A DNA stretch of 32,000 bases from Vibrio vulnificus CMCP6 (GCF_000039765.1 NC_004459.3:120001-152000), one strand, 5' to 3'. Positions 1 to 9,430 are shown, counted from the first letter of the stretch. Numbers and translations: made by a program. Notes: generated from the letters alone by a model not told the origin.

Positions 1-18
1 AAATGCTCCAAGCGTGCT

Positions 19-1134
19 CTAAATTAGCTTGTTCATTTTTTCGCCCAGAATGTCTAAGCGCCAACCTTGCATCAAGTCTGGCAGGCGATTTTGATCGCGC
101 TGATGTTTCCATACCCAACTGATCAGTTGATTAGTCTGCTTCTTCGACGCTAAAAACTCGCTCGCTAAACCTGTCGCTTTCGAAGCGTGAGTGACTTCGT
201 CTTTCAGTTTTTTAAACAGTTGTTTGTAACCTGGCAAATCCATCAAACGTTCAATTGGTGCTGGATAATCCTCAGGATCAGTCTCACGCGCCGACTTCAC
301 CATCGCAGCAATGCGGTTGCCATGACGCTGTACAGAGCGAACATCCATCCCCTCTTCTTCCATGCGCTTAAAGCTCGTCAGGCCTAAACGAGCCACTGTG
401 AGTAAGTCATGTTCTTTGAAAACAAAGTTCAACGCTAAGTCACGACGAATCGCCTCTTGCATACGCCAAGTCGCAAGCGGCTTGAGTATCGCAAGCTCTC
501 TTGGCTTAAGCTGCCAAGCCCCTTTGATATCGAGATAAGCATTGTCGGCATTCGGCGTTTTTACACGCTTGCTTGCTTGCAGTTCGCTCTCTTGCTGAGC
601 CGCTTGCCACCAGCCCGCTTCCATCACTTTTTCCAACAAGATCTCGTACAGCGGCAACAAGTAGTGAACATCTGCCGCGGCGTACTCCAGCTGTTTGTCA
701 CTCAGAGGACGAGCCAACCAGTCCGTGCGCGACTCACTCTTATCCAGTTCCACGTTAAGGTACTGCTCGACCAATGCGGCAAAGCCCGTCGATAGACCGT
801 GACCCAAAAACGCGGCCATGATTTGCGTATCCACCATCGGCACGGGTATCGCACCCAACGCATTGTGGAACACTTCCAAATCCTCACCGCAAGCGTGAAG
901 CACTTTCATTACCGAGGCATCGTTAAGCAACTCAGTAAACGCACTCATATCAGTCAGCACCGTTGGATCAATCAGCGAGAGGGTGTCACCATCAAAAAGC
1001 TGAATTAAGCCCAATTGTGGGTAATACGTTCGGGTGCGGACAAACTCGGTATCCAACATCACAACGTCTGCTTCGCGCGCTTTACTGCATACCCTAACTA
1101 GGTCTTGGTTTTCGGTAATAATTTGGTAATTCAC
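19..1134 (-). CDS. rnd: Ribonuclease D (3'-5' exoribonuclease, DEDD plus HRDC)
   Basis: ORF 19..1191. It matches E. coli RNase D by eye along its length (DTEFVRTRTYYPQLGLIQLFDG, DKSESRTDWLARPL, EYAAADV). E. coli starts MNYQMIT, so the likely start here is GTG at 1134 (VNYQIITENQDL). The 19 extra N-terminal codons in the ORF track read through the fadD terminator hairpin. Confidence 0.93.
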   Translation of the reverse strand: MNYQIITENQDLVRVCSKAREADVVMLDTEFVRTRTYYPQLGLIQLFDGDTLSLIDPTVLTDMSAFTELLNDASVMKVLHACGEDLEVFHNALGAIPVPMVDTQIMAAFLGHGLSTGFAALVEQYLNVELDKSESRTDWLARPLSDKQLEYAAADVHYLLPLYEILLEKVMEAGWWQAAQQESELQASKRVKTPNADNAYLDIKGAWQLKPRELAILKPLATWRMQEAIRRDLALNFVFKEHDLLTVARLGLTSFKRMEEEGMDVRSVQRHGNRIAAMVKSARETDPEDYPAPIERLMDLPGYKQLFKKLKDEVTHASKATGLASEFLASKKQTNQLISWVWKHQRDQNRLPDLMQGWRLDILGEKMNKLI

Positions 1135-1161
1135 TCGTCTCTCGCTATCGCTTTGAAAATA

Positions 1162-1194
1162 AAAATGCCAGCCTTGGAATTCGGCTGGCATTTT
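1162..1194 (-). terminator. Intrinsic terminator after fadD, which is also a leader hairpin in front of rnd
   Basis: Perfect 12-bp inverted repeat AAAATGCCAGCC (1162-1173) / GGCTGGCATTTT (1183-1194) with a 9-nt loop. On the minus strand it is followed by a U-rich tract (TATTTTC) and lies about 27 nt downstream of the fadD stop. Confidence 0.8.
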
Positions 1195-1221
1195 AACACT
1201 CTTCGTGACACTTTGCGCGGC

Positions 1222-2919
1222 TTACGCTGCCTCATTCTCTTTGGCAAGCTTAGCATCATTTTCATCGCGTAATACGCGACGCAAAATCTTACCGACGTTG
1301 GTTTTCGGCAGATCTTCACGGAACTCAATCAACTTCGGCACTTTATAGCCTGTCAGGTGCTGACGACAGTGATTAATGATCTCTTCTTTGGTCAGGCTTG
1401 GATCACGCTTAACCACATAAATCTTCACCACTTCGCCAGAGACTTCGTGCGGCTGACCGATGGCCGCCACTTCAAGCACCTTACCGTGCAGCGCAACCAC
1501 ATCTTCGATTTCATTTGGATAAACGTTGAAACCGGACACCAAAATCATGTCTTTCTTACGATCAACAATGTGCAAGAAGCCATCTTCATCAAACTTGACG
1601 ATGTCGCCAGTCGATAGCCAACCGTCATTGTTGATCACTTCTTTGGTCGCTTCTGGGCGCTGCCAGTAACCTTGCATCACCTGTGGGCCACGCACTTGCA
1701 ACTCACCCGTTTCACTATTAGCGAGGGCTTCACCTTCATCGTTCACAATGCGAACTTCTGTTGATGGAACGGGCAGACCAATGGAACCGTTGTAATCCAC
1801 AAGATCGTGCGGATACGCGGCAACCAGTGGTGAACACTCGGTTAAACCGTAGCCTTCTAGCAGGTAACAGCCTGTGGTTTTCTTCCACTTCTCCGCCACC
1901 GCGCGCTGAACGGCCATGCCACCACCAACCGCCAGTTTCAGATGGCTGAAGTTCAGTTCATGGAAATCTTCATTATTGACCAGCGCGTTAAACAGCGTGT
2001 TTACCCCAGTAATGGCGGTGAACGGGTATTTCTGTAGCTCTTTAACAAACCCTGGAATATCGCGTGGGTTGGTGATCAACAGGTTTCGGCCACCCATTTC
2101 GATGAACAACAAGCAGTTCACCGTTAAAGCAAATACGTGATACAACGGCAGCGCGGTCACCACAAGCTCACGGCCAGGCTGAAGAACCGGACCATACATG
2201 CCTTTAGCTTGCATTACGTTAGCAATCATATTGCGGTGAGTAAGGATTGCGCCTTTCGCCACCCCAGTGGTACCACCGGTGTATTGCAAGAACGCAATAT
2301 CATCACCAGTCATAAAAGGTTTGACGTACTGAAGACGACGGCCTTTGTGCAAGGCTTTGCGCATCGAGATGGCCCCAGGCAGATCGTATTTTGGTACCAT
2401 GCCTTTGACATATTTCACAACAAAATCAACGATGGTGCCTTTCGCACGTGGCAACATTTGGCCAAGGCTGGTTAGCACCACGTGTTTAACTGGCGTGTTC
2501 TCAACGATCTGCTCTAACGTATTGGCAAAGTTCGACACGATCACAATCGCTGTGGCACCAGAGTCGTTGAGCTGATGTTCCAATTCACGTGGGGTATACA
2601 ACGGGTTTACGTTCACAGCAATACAGCCAGCACGTAGCACACCAAACAGTGCCACAGGATATTGCAGCAGGTTTGGCATCATTAATGCCACGCGATCGCC
2701 TTTTTTCAGTTTCAACTCGTTTTGTAGATACGCAGCAAACGCACGGCTGCGCTCTTCTAACTTGCGGAAAGTCATCACCGAACCCATGTTCATAAACGCA
2801 GGTTGGTCGGCGTATTTCTGCACTGATTGCTCAAACATTTCGACCAGTGACTCGTACTGATCTGGGTTGATGGTTTCCGGTACGTCAGATGGATAACGTG
2901 AAAGCCATGGTTTTTCCAC
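1222..2919 (-). CDS. fadD: Long-chain-fatty-acid--CoA ligase
   Basis: 565-aa ORF, near-collinear with E. coli FadD ([25 protein letters not shown]-binding motif, [18 protein letters not shown]). Start codon is GTG at 2919, preceded by GAGGAG. Confidence 0.96.
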   Translation of the reverse strand: MEKPWLSRYPSDVPETINPDQYESLVEMFEQSVQKYADQPAFMNMGSVMTFRKLEERSRAFAAYLQNELKLKKGDRVALMMPNLLQYPVALFGVLRAGCIAVNVNPLYTPRELEHQLNDSGATAIVIVSNFANTLEQIVENTPVKHVVLTSLGQMLPRAKGTIVDFVVKYVKGMVPKYDLPGAISMRKALHKGRRLQYVKPFMTGDDIAFLQYTGGTTGVAKGAILTHRNMIANVMQAKGMYGPVLQPGRELVVTALPLYHVFALTVNCLLFIEMGGRNLLITNPRDIPGFVKELQKYPFTAITGVNTLFNALVNNEDFHELNFSHLKLAVGGGMAVQRAVAEKWKKTTGCYLLEGYGLTECSPLVAAYPHDLVDYNGSIGLPVPSTEVRIVNDEGEALANSETGELQVRGPQVMQGYWQRPEATKEVINNDGWLSTGDIVKFDEDGFLHIVDRKKDMILVSGFNVYPNEIEDVVALHGKVLEVAAIGQPHEVSGEVVKIYVVKRDPSLTKEEIINHCRQHLTGYKVPKLIEFREDLPKTNVGKILRRVLRDENDAKLAKENEAA

Positions 2920-3040
2920 GATGTTACTCCTCGTTTAAAGCTGGCCTACGCAAGAGAAGCTTGCGAGATAGCGTCCTTTTTATTTGTTCACTATTACAGC
3001 ACAGCAGGCATGCTTGAGCACGAAACTCTCAAACACTTGT

Positions 3041-3895
3041 TTAAATTTTGTTAACTACTCCAAGAATTCGCATTGCGACCTCGAGTGATTGCTCTAAGTG
3101 ACAGTGATGACCGCCTTGCACTGTCTCAATTTGGGCTGGATTTTTCGCATTTAAGTGACTGATATCCTTAAGCTCACGAAATCCATTTTCGCCTAATATG
3201 ATCAGATGAAAACAGGAAATTTGGTCTAAAATCGTTTCGGCATGTTTCTGCGAGAGTCGATACAACGAATCACATTTCAGTTTTGCATCATGACGCCATT
3301 GCCAAATGCCATGGCGATGTTCAACACCACGTTCGACAATGGGTCGCAATGCATCCGCAGAAAGCTGATTGGCAGCGACGCGAAGCATGAGCGCTTCATC
3401 AAAACTACTGAGATTACGGGAGGGTTTCGCACGCAAACGATTACGGCTGAGTACCCCTTGCCTGAGCCTTTCAACCGCCTTTTGCGGGGCTTCAGCCAAA
3501 GGCCCGTAACCTTCTATCTGAACCAGAGCTGTCACCTGTTCAGGAAAGGCCGCACTATAACAACTTGCAATCAAAGCACCAAGTGAATGACCGACTAGTA
3601 GCAGTTTATTTGGCGATAAAACACGCAAAAACTGATAAACGTCATCGATATAATCATGAAATGGATAAAAATTATCCAATGACTTGTGCGAAGAGAGACC
3701 ATGACCGGGGAGATCAATGGCGCATAGGTGAAGCTTAGGATTTTGCTGATGCAGCTCTGCCATGACACGATGAAAACTGGCGGCGTTATCCAACCAGCCA
3801 TGAAGAAAAACGACTGATAAATCAGCCGTTTTTACGTCACCATACTCGATTGCTGCCAGCGTTCCACTGGCGATAACATAACGCGTCTCACGCAT
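3041..3895 (-). CDS. Alpha/beta-fold hydrolase, substrate unknown
   Basis: 284-aa ORF with an HGWLDN oxyanion-region motif and a GHSLG nucleophile elbow. Its ATG overlaps the upstream slp-like stop codon (TAATG), which suggests translational coupling. Confidence 0.8.
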   Translation of the reverse strand: MRETRYVIASGTLAAIEYGDVKTADLSVVFLHGWLDNAASFHRVMAELHQQNPKLHLCAIDLPGHGLSSHKSLDNFYPFHDYIDDVYQFLRVLSPNKLLLVGHSLGALIASCYSAAFPEQVTALVQIEGYGPLAEAPQKAVERLRQGVLSRNRLRAKPSRNLSSFDEALMLRVAANQLSADALRPIVERGVEHRHGIWQWRHDAKLKCDSLYRLSQKHAETILDQISCFHLIILGENGFRELKDISHLNAKNPAQIETVQGGHHCHLEQSLEVAMRILGVVNKI

Positions 3896-4449
3896 TATTT
3901 AACATCTTGAATGATTTTACCGTCACGCGGGAAGTCGCGCATTTGTCGACAAGTAATCGAATAACACGGGTAGAGGTAACTTGAAGTGTCATACACTCTC
4001 ACTCTTTCTTCGATGGTCCAAAGGCGATAACCGTAGCTCTTCACCACTGGAAAAACATAATCATACTCGCCGATTTTGCCTTGCTCTTCCCCTGCAGCAG
4101 TGCCGACAACGGTAATCAAACGTCCTTGACTAAACGCAACGGGCTCTAAGTAGCCCTCAAGGTAGGCAACAAAACGTCCATTGGGTTCTTGGCTAATGTC
4201 GGGCTTGCCGTTTTTATCGATCGGCAAGTTAACAATTTCAATGCGCGTTTTGTCTTTGAGATTGTCCACTTTAGCAATCACGCCACCCAAACGAACATCT
4301 TGCGTCACCACGCCTTGGCTTTCTGCAAAGATTTTATAATCCGTTAGCACTTCTTGGTTTTGCGCCGTCAGCTCTTGTGGGAGAGAACTACACGCCGCCA
4401 AGCCGAGCAAAGCGATCATTGCGAAAAGAGAGCGGACCGTTTTCTTCAT
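3895..4449 (-). CDS. Slp/YeaY-family outer-membrane lipoprotein
   Basis: 184-aa ORF with a lipoprotein signal peptide and lipobox (MKKTVRSLFAMIALLGLAAC). It sits where E. coli has yeaY, between tsaB and fadD. Confidence 0.8.
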   Translation of the reverse strand: MKKTVRSLFAMIALLGLAACSSLPQELTAQNQEVLTDYKIFAESQGVVTQDVRLGGVIAKVDNLKDKTRIEIVNLPIDKNGKPDISQEPNGRFVAYLEGYLEPVAFSQGRLITVVGTAAGEEQGKIGEYDYVFPVVKSYGYRLWTIEERVRVYDTSSYLYPCYSITCRQMRDFPRDGKIIQDVK

Positions 4450-4490
4450 TATTTACCTGCCTGTCTTCAGTCATCAAAGCAACAAAAGGG

Positions 4491-4796
4491 TCAAATGTAG
4501 ATATCGACACCGAGCAACTGGGCGAGTTCCTCTCTTTTGGCTTGATTCATTACGTCCATGTATTCTTGCATTGCACGTCGAGCTTGACCTTCGGGAAGAT
4601 CATACTGAATTTGCGCTTTATGAATGTCAGATTCTTTGACATTTTGGATGCTATGCGCCACGGCATTGGCTACCTTGGACGTTTGACCAACCGCTTGTTG
4701 CTGTTGGTTTTTCGCCACCTTACGCTTGTTGCTGCTTTTATTCGTCCGTTGCGTCCCGGGAATAATCGCAGGAGGTAAACCGTTAATTGAAGCCAT
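4491..4796 (-). CDS. Hypothetical protein, 101 aa (basic, Q-rich N-terminal half and likely helical C-terminal half)
   Basis: ATG-initiated ORF on the same strand as its neighbours, 25 nt downstream of tsaB with no intervening terminator. I recognise no family. The Shine-Dalgarno is weak (GGAA). Confidence 0.55.
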   Translation of the reverse strand: MASINGLPPAIIPGTQRTNKSSNKRKVAKNQQQQAVGQTSKVANAVAHSIQNVKESDIHKAQIQYDLPEGQARRAMQEYMDVMNQAKREELAQLLGVDIYI

Positions 4797-4821
4797 CGCG
4801 TTCCATCACTTTAAGTGGGCG

Positions 4822-5523
4822 TTATTCACGCCCTGGTAGTTTTTTCCAAGCCACGTTATCGCGCAGATAAACTGGGCTAGACTCTTCTACGGCAACCGTA
4901 TTGCCCGCCGCCAGCTCATACTTAGCAAGGACAACAATGTCTTGAGCATCAGGGTAAAGTACCTCACCCGCTTCGATGTTCAACGGCAAATTGGCTAAGC
5001 TTTCAGCGTAGGCATCCCATCCTGTACCCGCGCTTGTCCAGCTCTGTTGATCGGCCGTGATATTTTGTGCTAATTGCGCCGGAGGAATGACGCATTCCGC
5101 GTCCACGGCAACCCAACTGCCATCTTGCTGACGCTGGTAGCGTCCCCAATAGACTTCATCCATGCGCGCATCAATCGCAGCCACCACCGAGGTCGCGCCG
5201 TGTACACGGTAGGAACCTTGCGCCATCGCTGCCAGTGTTGAAATGCCAATCATTGGCAAATCCGCACCGAATGCTAAACCTTGTGCAATACCGATGCCAA
5301 TTCGCACGCCAGTAAAACTGCCTGGGCCACGGCCAAAAGCGAGCGCATCTAAATCGGTCAGTGTCAATCCAGCTTGTTGCAACACCTCTTCCACCATAGG
5401 TAGGACTTTTTTGGTGTGGTCACGTGGGGCCACTTCGCTACGTGAAAAGACTTGGTCGCCGACTAAAAGGGCGACTGAACAGTTTTCGGTTGCGGTGTCG
5501 ATAGCAAGAATTTTAGCGCTCAT
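4822..5523 (-). CDS. tsaB: tRNA N6-threonylcarbamoyladenosine (t6A) biosynthesis protein TsaB (YeaZ)
   Basis: 233-aa ORF with ILAIDTATE...CSVAL and [11 protein letters not shown] motifs typical of YeaZ/TsaB. It directly abuts the yoaA stop codon. Confidence 0.93.
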   Translation of the reverse strand: MSAKILAIDTATENCSVALLVGDQVFSRSEVAPRDHTKKVLPMVEEVLQQAGLTLTDLDALAFGRGPGSFTGVRIGIGIAQGLAFGADLPMIGISTLAAMAQGSYRVHGATSVVAAIDARMDEVYWGRYQRQQDGSWVAVDAECVIPPAQLAQNITADQQSWTSAGTGWDAYAESLANLPLNIEAGEVLYPDAQDIVVLAKYELAAGNTVAVEESSPVYLRDNVAWKKLPGRE

Positions 5524-7443
5524 TCAGTTCTCTGTTTGTTCTGTTAGAAATTGTTGAATCAAATCCAAATCACGGGTTCTTGGGATCGGAGGTAAGCTGG
5601 CAAGAAAAATGCCGCCGTATTCTCTTGTGACCAAGCGGTTGTCACAGATGATTAAAGCCCCGCGATCTTTTTGATCTCGAATCAGACGCCCTACCCCTTG
5701 TTTGAGCGTAATGACTGCATCAGGCAGTTGTACTTGCTCAAACGGCTCTCCGCCTCGTAATCGACAATCTTCGATACGAGCTTTAAGTAGCGGGTCATCT
5801 GGTGATGTAAAAGGAAGTTTGTCGATGATAACACAGCTTAAGGCGTCACCTCTAACATCGATTCCTTCCCAAAAAGCGCCAGTGGCCACCAGCAAGGCAT
5901 TCCCCAACTCCATAAATTCAGCGAGCGTGCGCTGTTTGCTCATCTCGCCTTGCAATAAAACGGGTAAGTCCAAAACCTCGCGAAAACGCTCGCCTAATTC
6001 ACGCATCATCGAATGTGAAGTACAGAGGAAGAAACAACGCCCTTGGTTGGATTCAATCACCGGCGCCAACATCGCCACCAGCTTTTGCGCCAAACCTGGG
6101 CTATTGGGCTCTGGTAGATAGCGAGGGACGCACAATCGCGCCTGCTCGGCATAATCAAATGGGCTTGGCAATGAGAATTGCTTTCGCGGCTTTAAGCCTA
6201 AGCGGTCGGTAAAATGACTAAAATCGTCCCCCACCGCCAACGTGGCCGAGGTGAAGATCCACGCGCCCTGTTTGATCTCTATTTGCTCATGAAATTTGTC
6301 CGCAACTGAGAGCGGCGTGATGTGCAATGTAAAATGGCGCGGCGAGGTATCAAACCAGTACGAATAGCCCGTGATGCTGGTATCACACACTCGTTCTAAA
6401 CGACCTTTAATGAGGTTAGCGCGCTCAAACGCCACATCAAGCAATTGGCAGCGACCTAACGCGAGCTTGAGTACCTCGATGGTCAGATCCAACGCATCCA
6501 CCAAGCGATCCACTTCGCGCTTGATGGATGGCGATTGTAAGGCATCTCGCCAATTGCCACGAAAGCCAGGCTCACCCAGCACAATGCGCATATCCATTGC
6601 GGTTTGGGCTAATTTATCCCCCACTTTTTGCAGCTGACGCATGTCTTTCACTTCCGTGCGATAGGCAATTTCAATGTCTTTGGCCAAATCGAGAATCTGG
6701 CGGCTGGAGAGTGACTGACCAAAATATTCGCTCGCAATATCAGGTAGTTGATGCGCCTCATCAAAAATAAACACATCCGCTTCGGGGATCAGCTCACCAA
6801 AACCGGTTTCTTTGATCGCCAGGTCGGCAAGAAAAAGGTGATGGTTCACCACCACCACATCGGCATCCAGCGCTTTCTTTCGCGCTTTTAACACAAAGCA
6901 ATCTTGGTAACTTGGACAATCTTTGCCTAAGCAGTTGTCATTGGTTGACGTGATGGTGGGTATGATCATGCTGTCTTCTGGCAACTCTTCACAATCACCC
7001 AAATCGCCCGTTTTGGTTTCCGAAGACCAACTGCGCACTTTGACCAATTGGCTTAATGACGTGGAATCCGATTCATTGTGATGCACTTCGACCATTTGTC
7101 GGCTTAAACGCTCTAAACACAAATAGTTGGAGCGGCCTTTCAACAACGCGAGTTGTCCAAAAAAGCCTAACGCATCGGTCATGAGCGGCAAATCACGATG
7201 AAAAAGCTGTTCTTGCAAGTTTTTCGAACCGGTAGAAATAATGACCTTTTTGCCACTTAGCAGAGCTGGCACCAGATAAGCGAAGGTTTTACCGGTTCCG
7301 GTCCCCGCTTCAACCACAAGCTGTGTTTGCTGTTGGATCGCCTCGGCGACCGCTTCGGCCATATCGACCTGAGGTTGACGAGCTTGAAAGCCGGGAATGG
7401 CCTTGCCTAAAGCACCTTTGGAAGAAAACGTTTTTGCTATCAT
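5524..7443 (-). CDS. yoaA: DinG-family ATP-dependent DNA helicase YoaA
   Basis: 639-aa ORF with Walker A (EAGTGTGKTF), a DEAH box (IFDEAHQL) and an Fe-S cysteine cluster (CLGKDCPSYQDC). Synteny with tsaB matches E. coli. Confidence 0.9.
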   Translation of the reverse strand: MIAKTFSSKGALGKAIPGFQARQPQVDMAEAVAEAIQQQTQLVVEAGTGTGKTFAYLVPALLSGKKVIISTGSKNLQEQLFHRDLPLMTDALGFFGQLALLKGRSNYLCLERLSRQMVEVHHNESDSTSLSQLVKVRSWSSETKTGDLGDCEELPEDSMIIPTITSTNDNCLGKDCPSYQDCFVLKARKKALDADVVVVNHHLFLADLAIKETGFGELIPEADVFIFDEAHQLPDIASEYFGQSLSSRQILDLAKDIEIAYRTEVKDMRQLQKVGDKLAQTAMDMRIVLGEPGFRGNWRDALQSPSIKREVDRLVDALDLTIEVLKLALGRCQLLDVAFERANLIKGRLERVCDTSITGYSYWFDTSPRHFTLHITPLSVADKFHEQIEIKQGAWIFTSATLAVGDDFSHFTDRLGLKPRKQFSLPSPFDYAEQARLCVPRYLPEPNSPGLAQKLVAMLAPVIESNQGRCFFLCTSHSMMRELGERFREVLDLPVLLQGEMSKQRTLAEFMELGNALLVATGAFWEGIDVRGDALSCVIIDKLPFTSPDDPLLKARIEDCRLRGGEPFEQVQLPDAVITLKQGVGRLIRDQKDRGALIICDNRLVTREYGGIFLASLPPIPRTRDLDLIQQFLTEQTEN

Positions 7444-7540
7444 TCTGTGTTCTGCTGAGGGGTCAGTGGCACAGATTATGTCAGGTTTGTCTTTTTGAGG
7501 CGAATCCGAATTGTCTTCGCCTCGGCAGGTATTTGGTCGG

Positions 7541-7741
7541 TTATTTGCGGTTTAAATAGCGTGCAAGCCACGCTGGGCCGGTGAATTGATCCTCTTCCCC
7601 TAAGATGGCCTTGGCCGCTTCGGCTGGAGAAGCTCGATTTTCCCAAAGTTCAGTAATGCGATCCTCATCTATTTCATGGTTACCGAGCAGAGAGCTCACT
7701 CTCTCTACATACAGTTTTCGAGCCAGTAGATCTTTGTCCAT
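7541..7741 (-). CDS. Hypothetical small protein, 66 aa
   Basis: ORF track gives 7541..7750 with a GTG start. The internal ATG at 7741 (MDKDLLARKLYV...) is preceded by GAGGTGG at good spacing. No family recognised. Confidence 0.5.
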   Translation of the reverse strand: MDKDLLARKLYVERVSSLLGNHEIDEDRITELWENRASPAEAAKAILGEEDQFTGPAWLARYLNRK

Positions 7742-7791
7742 ATACACCACCTCTATGATTCTTATGAAGGCTCAATTCAGACAACGTCTTC

Positions 7792-7807
7792 AGCCAAACG
7801 TTTTGCT
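7792..7807. promoter_or_regulatory. Possible PurR-like operator
   Basis: AGCCAAACGTTTTGCT matches 12 of 16 positions of the E. coli purF operator (ACGCAAACGTTTTCTT), including the full AAACGTTTT core. It lies about 130 bp upstream of the purU ATG. Confidence 0.3.
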
Positions 7808-7936
7808 GGAGAATTTGTTTGAAACCATCTTAATAATAGATTATCTATTAGGCCTGTATTGCGGTTTAGTTCACCGTTCGACGCCCAAACAATTATTCGT
7901 ACCATAAAAAAAATAAATCACGGAAGTATCTCTAAT

Positions 7937-8770
7937 ATGGAAAAGAAAACACTACTGACTCATTGCTCAGACGCGCCGGGTCTGATCTCTAAAATCACCA
8001 ACATTTGTTACAAGCATCAACTGAATATTATTCACAACAATGAGTTTGTAGATAATTCCAGCGGTCACTTTTTTATGCGAACCGAACTGGAGGGATACTT
8101 TAACGACCACACTTTTCTTGCCGATCTCGACCAAGCGCTGCCACAAGGGGCAAAACGTAAACTCGTCAGTTCTGAGCGAAAACGCATTGTGATTTTGGTT
8201 ACCAAAGAAGCGCACTGCTTAGGTGATATTCTGATGAAGAATTACGACGGTAGCTTGGATGTTGACATTGCTGCGGTGGTAGGTAACTACGACAAACTGC
8301 AAAGCCTCACGGAAAAATTCGACATCCCTTATCACCATGTTTGTCATGAAGGACTCGATCGTGAAAGTCACGAGCAGAAGATGCTTGAAGTGATTGGTCA
8401 ATATCAGCCCGATTATTTGGTGCTAGCGAAATACATGCGTGTGCTCACGCCAGGTTTTGTTGAGAAATATCATCATAAGATCATCAACATTCACCACAGC
8501 TTCTTGCCTGCCTTTATTGGCGCGAAACCTTATCAACAAGCTTTTGATCGCGGTGTAAAAATCATCGGTGCTACGGCACACTTCGTCACCAATGATTTAG
8601 ATGAAGGCCCAATCATCAAACAAGACGTGATTCCGGTTGATCACAACTTCAGCGCGCAAGACATGGCACAAGCGGGTCGAGATGTTGAGAAGAATGTGTT
8701 GAGCAAGGCGCTTAATAAAGTACTGAATGACCACGTTTTTGTGTATGGCAACAAAACCGTCATTCTTTAA
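7937..8770 (+). CDS. purU: Formyltetrahydrofolate deformylase
   Basis: ORF 7859..8770. The N-terminal ACT-like region begins MEKKTLLTHCSDAPGLISKIT. The formyltransferase core has HHSFLPAFIGAKPYQQA and GATAHFVT..LDEGPII. ATG at 7937 fits the expected length of about 277 aa. Confidence 0.92.
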   Translation: MEKKTLLTHCSDAPGLISKITNICYKHQLNIIHNNEFVDNSSGHFFMRTELEGYFNDHTFLADLDQALPQGAKRKLVSSERKRIVILVTKEAHCLGDILMKNYDGSLDVDIAAVVGNYDKLQSLTEKFDIPYHHVCHEGLDRESHEQKMLEVIGQYQPDYLVLAKYMRVLTPGFVEKYHHKIINIHHSFLPAFIGAKPYQQAFDRGVKIIGATAHFVTNDLDEGPIIKQDVIPVDHNFSAQDMAQAGRDVEKNVLSKALNKVLNDHVFVYGNKTVIL

Positions 8771-8790
8771 GCATGGAATACAGCGAACTA

Positions 8791-8826
8791 AAAGGGTTGC
8801 AATGATTGCAACCCTTTGTTTTTTTC
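8791..8826. terminator. Bidirectional intrinsic terminator between purU (+) and yecM (-)
   Basis: AAAGGGTTGCAA (8791-8802) / TTGCAACCCTTT (8806-8817) with a 3-nt loop, followed on the plus strand by GTTTTTTTT. Confidence 0.85.
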
Positions 8827-8833
8827 TGCGTAG

Positions 8834-9430
8834 CTAGGCTTGCTCAGACTCAACAATACGTTTTAAAGAATGTGGGTGCAGCTTGATGCAAATGCCTTGG
8901 TACTTGAACGCAACCGTCGGATTGTTCAACCGCTCACCTTCCCCCTTTGGACTCGACAACTTCACCTTAACCCCCAGTTCCTCGAGTTTGCTAAACTGAG
9001 CGCCAAACGCTGGATAGGTGTGTTTCAAATCCGCCAAATAGTCTTCGGCCGTTTGAGCATGAGATGGGACGACAAACTCTACATGTTCCCAACCTTCTTG
9101 GGGATACGCTTTTCCTTCTGCCGGATAAGGCAGCTCTAAGCATTCGATTTTCCAACCGCGACTGGCCAGTGGCGCATCAAACTCGATCACAATGATCGGA
9201 CGACCATTGATGTTCGCCTGTGAGATCACTTTGCCTTGTTCACTCCACATTTGCTGAGACAACTGAGCGGTTTGATTCTCGTTTACGCGTAGCGCAATAT
9301 GATCCGCTTGAGCAAAACTCAAATCCAGTTGCAATAAATCGGCCAGCGACTCGATTTTCTGCATGAAACCGGGTAAATCCTCTAGCATCTGTTGGGGTGT
9401 CAGGCGTTTTTCTGCCAGCAAATTACTCAT
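8834..9430 (-). CDS. yecM: YecM-family (VOC-fold) protein
   Basis: Matches E. coli YecM by eye (ADHI.LR, INGRPI, YP.EGWEH.E.V.P, SSPKGE.ERL.NPT). It is divergent from argS, as in E. coli. ATG at 9430 is preferred over the GTG at 9445, which has no Shine-Dalgarno. Confidence 0.85.
   Translation of the reverse strand: MSNLLAEKRLTPQQMLEDLPGFMQKIESLADLLQLDLSFAQADHIALRVNENQTAQLSQQMWSEQGKVISQANINGRPIIVIEFDAPLASRGWKIECLELPYPAEGKAYPQEGWEHVEFVVPSHAQTAEDYLADLKHTYPAFGAQFSKLEELGVKVKLSSPKGEGERLNNPTVAFKYQGICIKLHPHSLKRIVESEQA

Noticed and set aside
1135-1191. N-terminal extension of rnd to the ATG at 1191 (MPAEFQGWHFYFQSDSERR...)
   Set aside because: The extension is encoded by the fadD terminator hairpin and has no counterpart in E. 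coli RNase D. The GTG at 1134 reproduces the canonical (M)NYQ N-terminus.
2937-2953. FadR operator upstream of fadD (AGCTGGCCTACGCAAGA)
   Set aside because: Only the left half-site (AGCTGG) matches ANCTGGTCNGACNTGTT. The right half is essentially unmatched, and the site overlaps the 5' UTR and Shine-Dalgarno region.
7444-7540. LexA (SOS) box upstream of yoaA, and a terminator role for the hairpin at 7497-7523
   Set aside because: No CTGT-N8-ACAG motif is present. The hairpin has its T-run on the 5' side on the plus strand (an A-run at the 3' side on the minus strand), so it fits an intrinsic terminator in neither orientation.
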